From positions 13,516,001-13,580,000 of the forward strand of contig JBHGNT010000002.1 in NCBI GenBank assembly GCA_043228905.1: a stretch of 64,000 nt of DNA, in the 5' to 3' direction. The position numbers were made by a program, and so were the translations under genes. A model generated the notes under the pieces. That model made no database searches. It saw nothing but the letters and a program-made list of their open reading frames with translations, and was not told the origin of the DNA. The first letter of the stretch is position 1, and each line of letters begins with the position of its first letter. Shown here piece by piece: positions 63,007 to 64,000 of this stretch. Origin of the DNA: Azolla caroliniana (lineage: Eukaryota > Plantae > Polypodiophyta).

Positions 63007-64000
63007 ATTACTTGTAACTCTTCATCTTACTATCCTTAACCATTCTATCATCACCATACAAGCCTTATTAAACTTAAGTTTCTTCAACTCCCCTTAACCT
63101 TAGTCCCCGCGACTTCGCCGCACGAACCACAACTACCCCGACACATTTGGTGAACCCGACGTGAAGGCGGCGACGAGGAGAAATGGAGGAGCAAATGAGG
63201 CTTATGTGTACGATGATGGAACGAGTGATGCGGGAACAAGGGATGATGGCAAGCATCGACAAAGCCGTCGACAATATTCTCGCACGAGTAGGAATCTTCG
63301 AAGGTATAAATTTAACAAGATTTCTGAAGATTTATAATGAAGAAATGCTTAAACGCGGTGTCGACGAAGCAACAAAAATTAATAGCTTTAGTCGAGTCGT
63401 TGCGATTGGGCTACAAGAGAGGATCCAAGAGCTCCAAAGGGAGAATCAGACATGGACAACGTTCCAAAATGCATTACTCAATGCATACAACCTCAACGAT
63501 ATGTCAAGGATGACAAGGCGAGCTTTCATGGATTGGGTAGAGTCTAATAAACATTTAAGTGTTTTGGAAGTATTAAAAGAGTTTTCTGAAAGATTTGAGC
63601 AACTAAATGTTAGAGATAGAAATATAATAGTGCCAGATAAAGTAATATTGTTTCTACAAGCTACTAATATTAAAGACAGGAAGGACTTGGGAATGCTTTT
63701 AGAAGATCAGAATAGTCCAAGTGGACTTACCGAAGATTGGGAGGAGGTGAAAAGGGCGTGCGCCCATTTCTGCAAAAGAAAGTTATGGTTTATGGAGTTG
63801 CCCGACAAAAATGATGAAGAAACGGGGAACGAGTCGGGAGAAAAGAAAGTAGAAGAATCACTCTTACACGAATTAGTGAAAGGCATGAAAGACTTGTCGA
63901 TCAAAGTGACGAAGCTAGAATCGGGACAAAGCTCGACTTCATCAAGGCAGGGAGGTGGAATGGTCCGAAGGTGTATGTGGTGTGATAGTATCGACCACCA
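62192..64000 (+). mobile_element. Diverged Trp-family Ty3/gypsy: 5' LTR 62192-63143, PBS 63148-63165, gag running off the window
   Basis: LTR TGTCGTGAAGAA...CCGACA; PBS TGGTGAACCCGACGTGAA identical to that of the intact element; left flank ACGG. Confidence 0.9.
63183..64000 (+). CDS. gag (partial, apparently open to window end)
   Basis: MEEQMRLMC...GIFEG...GLTEDWEEVK...CMWCDSIDH, homologous to the gag at 18651-16525. Confidence 0.85.
   Translation, partial: MEEQMRLMCTMMERVMREQGMMASIDKAVDNILARVGIFEGINLTRFLKIYNEEMLKRGVDEATKINSFSRVVAIGLQERIQELQRENQTWTTFQNALLNAYNLNDMSRMTRRAFMDWVESNKHLSVLEVLKEFSERFEQLNVRDRNIIVPDKVILFLQATNIKDRKDLGMLLEDQNSPSGLTEDWEEVKRACAHFCKRKLWFMELPDKNDEETGNESGEKKVEESLLHELVKGMKDLSIKVTKLESGQSSTSSRQGGGMVRRCMWCDSIDH

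Overview
Eukaryotic, repeat-dense DNA, most likely from a non-seed land plant (inferred from the gene and TE types). About 52 kb (1-~53,300) is a nested stack of transposable elements: a decayed Sola2-like DNA transposase; several copies of an Athila-like Ty3/gypsy family with a tRNA-Arg PBS and a long extra ORF after pol; two degenerate Ty1/copia elements plus a fragment; a third gypsy family (one two-LTR deletion derivative, a solo LTR and a diverged LTR); two L1-type LINE copies; and four members of an unusual tRNA-Trp-primed Ty3/gypsy family with 4-bp TSDs. One Trp-family copy (12,165-19,501, minus) is intact, has near-identical LTRs and carries a predicted -1 frameshift signal (G_GAU_UUU + pseudoknot) placed after the protease. 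The only host gene I can support is a 3-exon gibberellin 20-oxidase-like 2OG-Fe(II) dioxygenase (56,733-54,086, minus) with a (GAG)23 poly-Glu insertion. Most intriguing: (i) the Arg-family 3' LTR is preceded not by a polypurine tract but by a sense copy of the tRNA-Arg 3' end, hinting at tRNA priming of both strands or PBS/anti-PBS pairing; (ii) the post-protease frameshift cassette; (iii) three tRNA-like Pol III modules inside a Trp-family LTR; (iv) an array of conserved hairpins with variable spacers. Family and tRNA assignments are from remembered motifs, not database searches.
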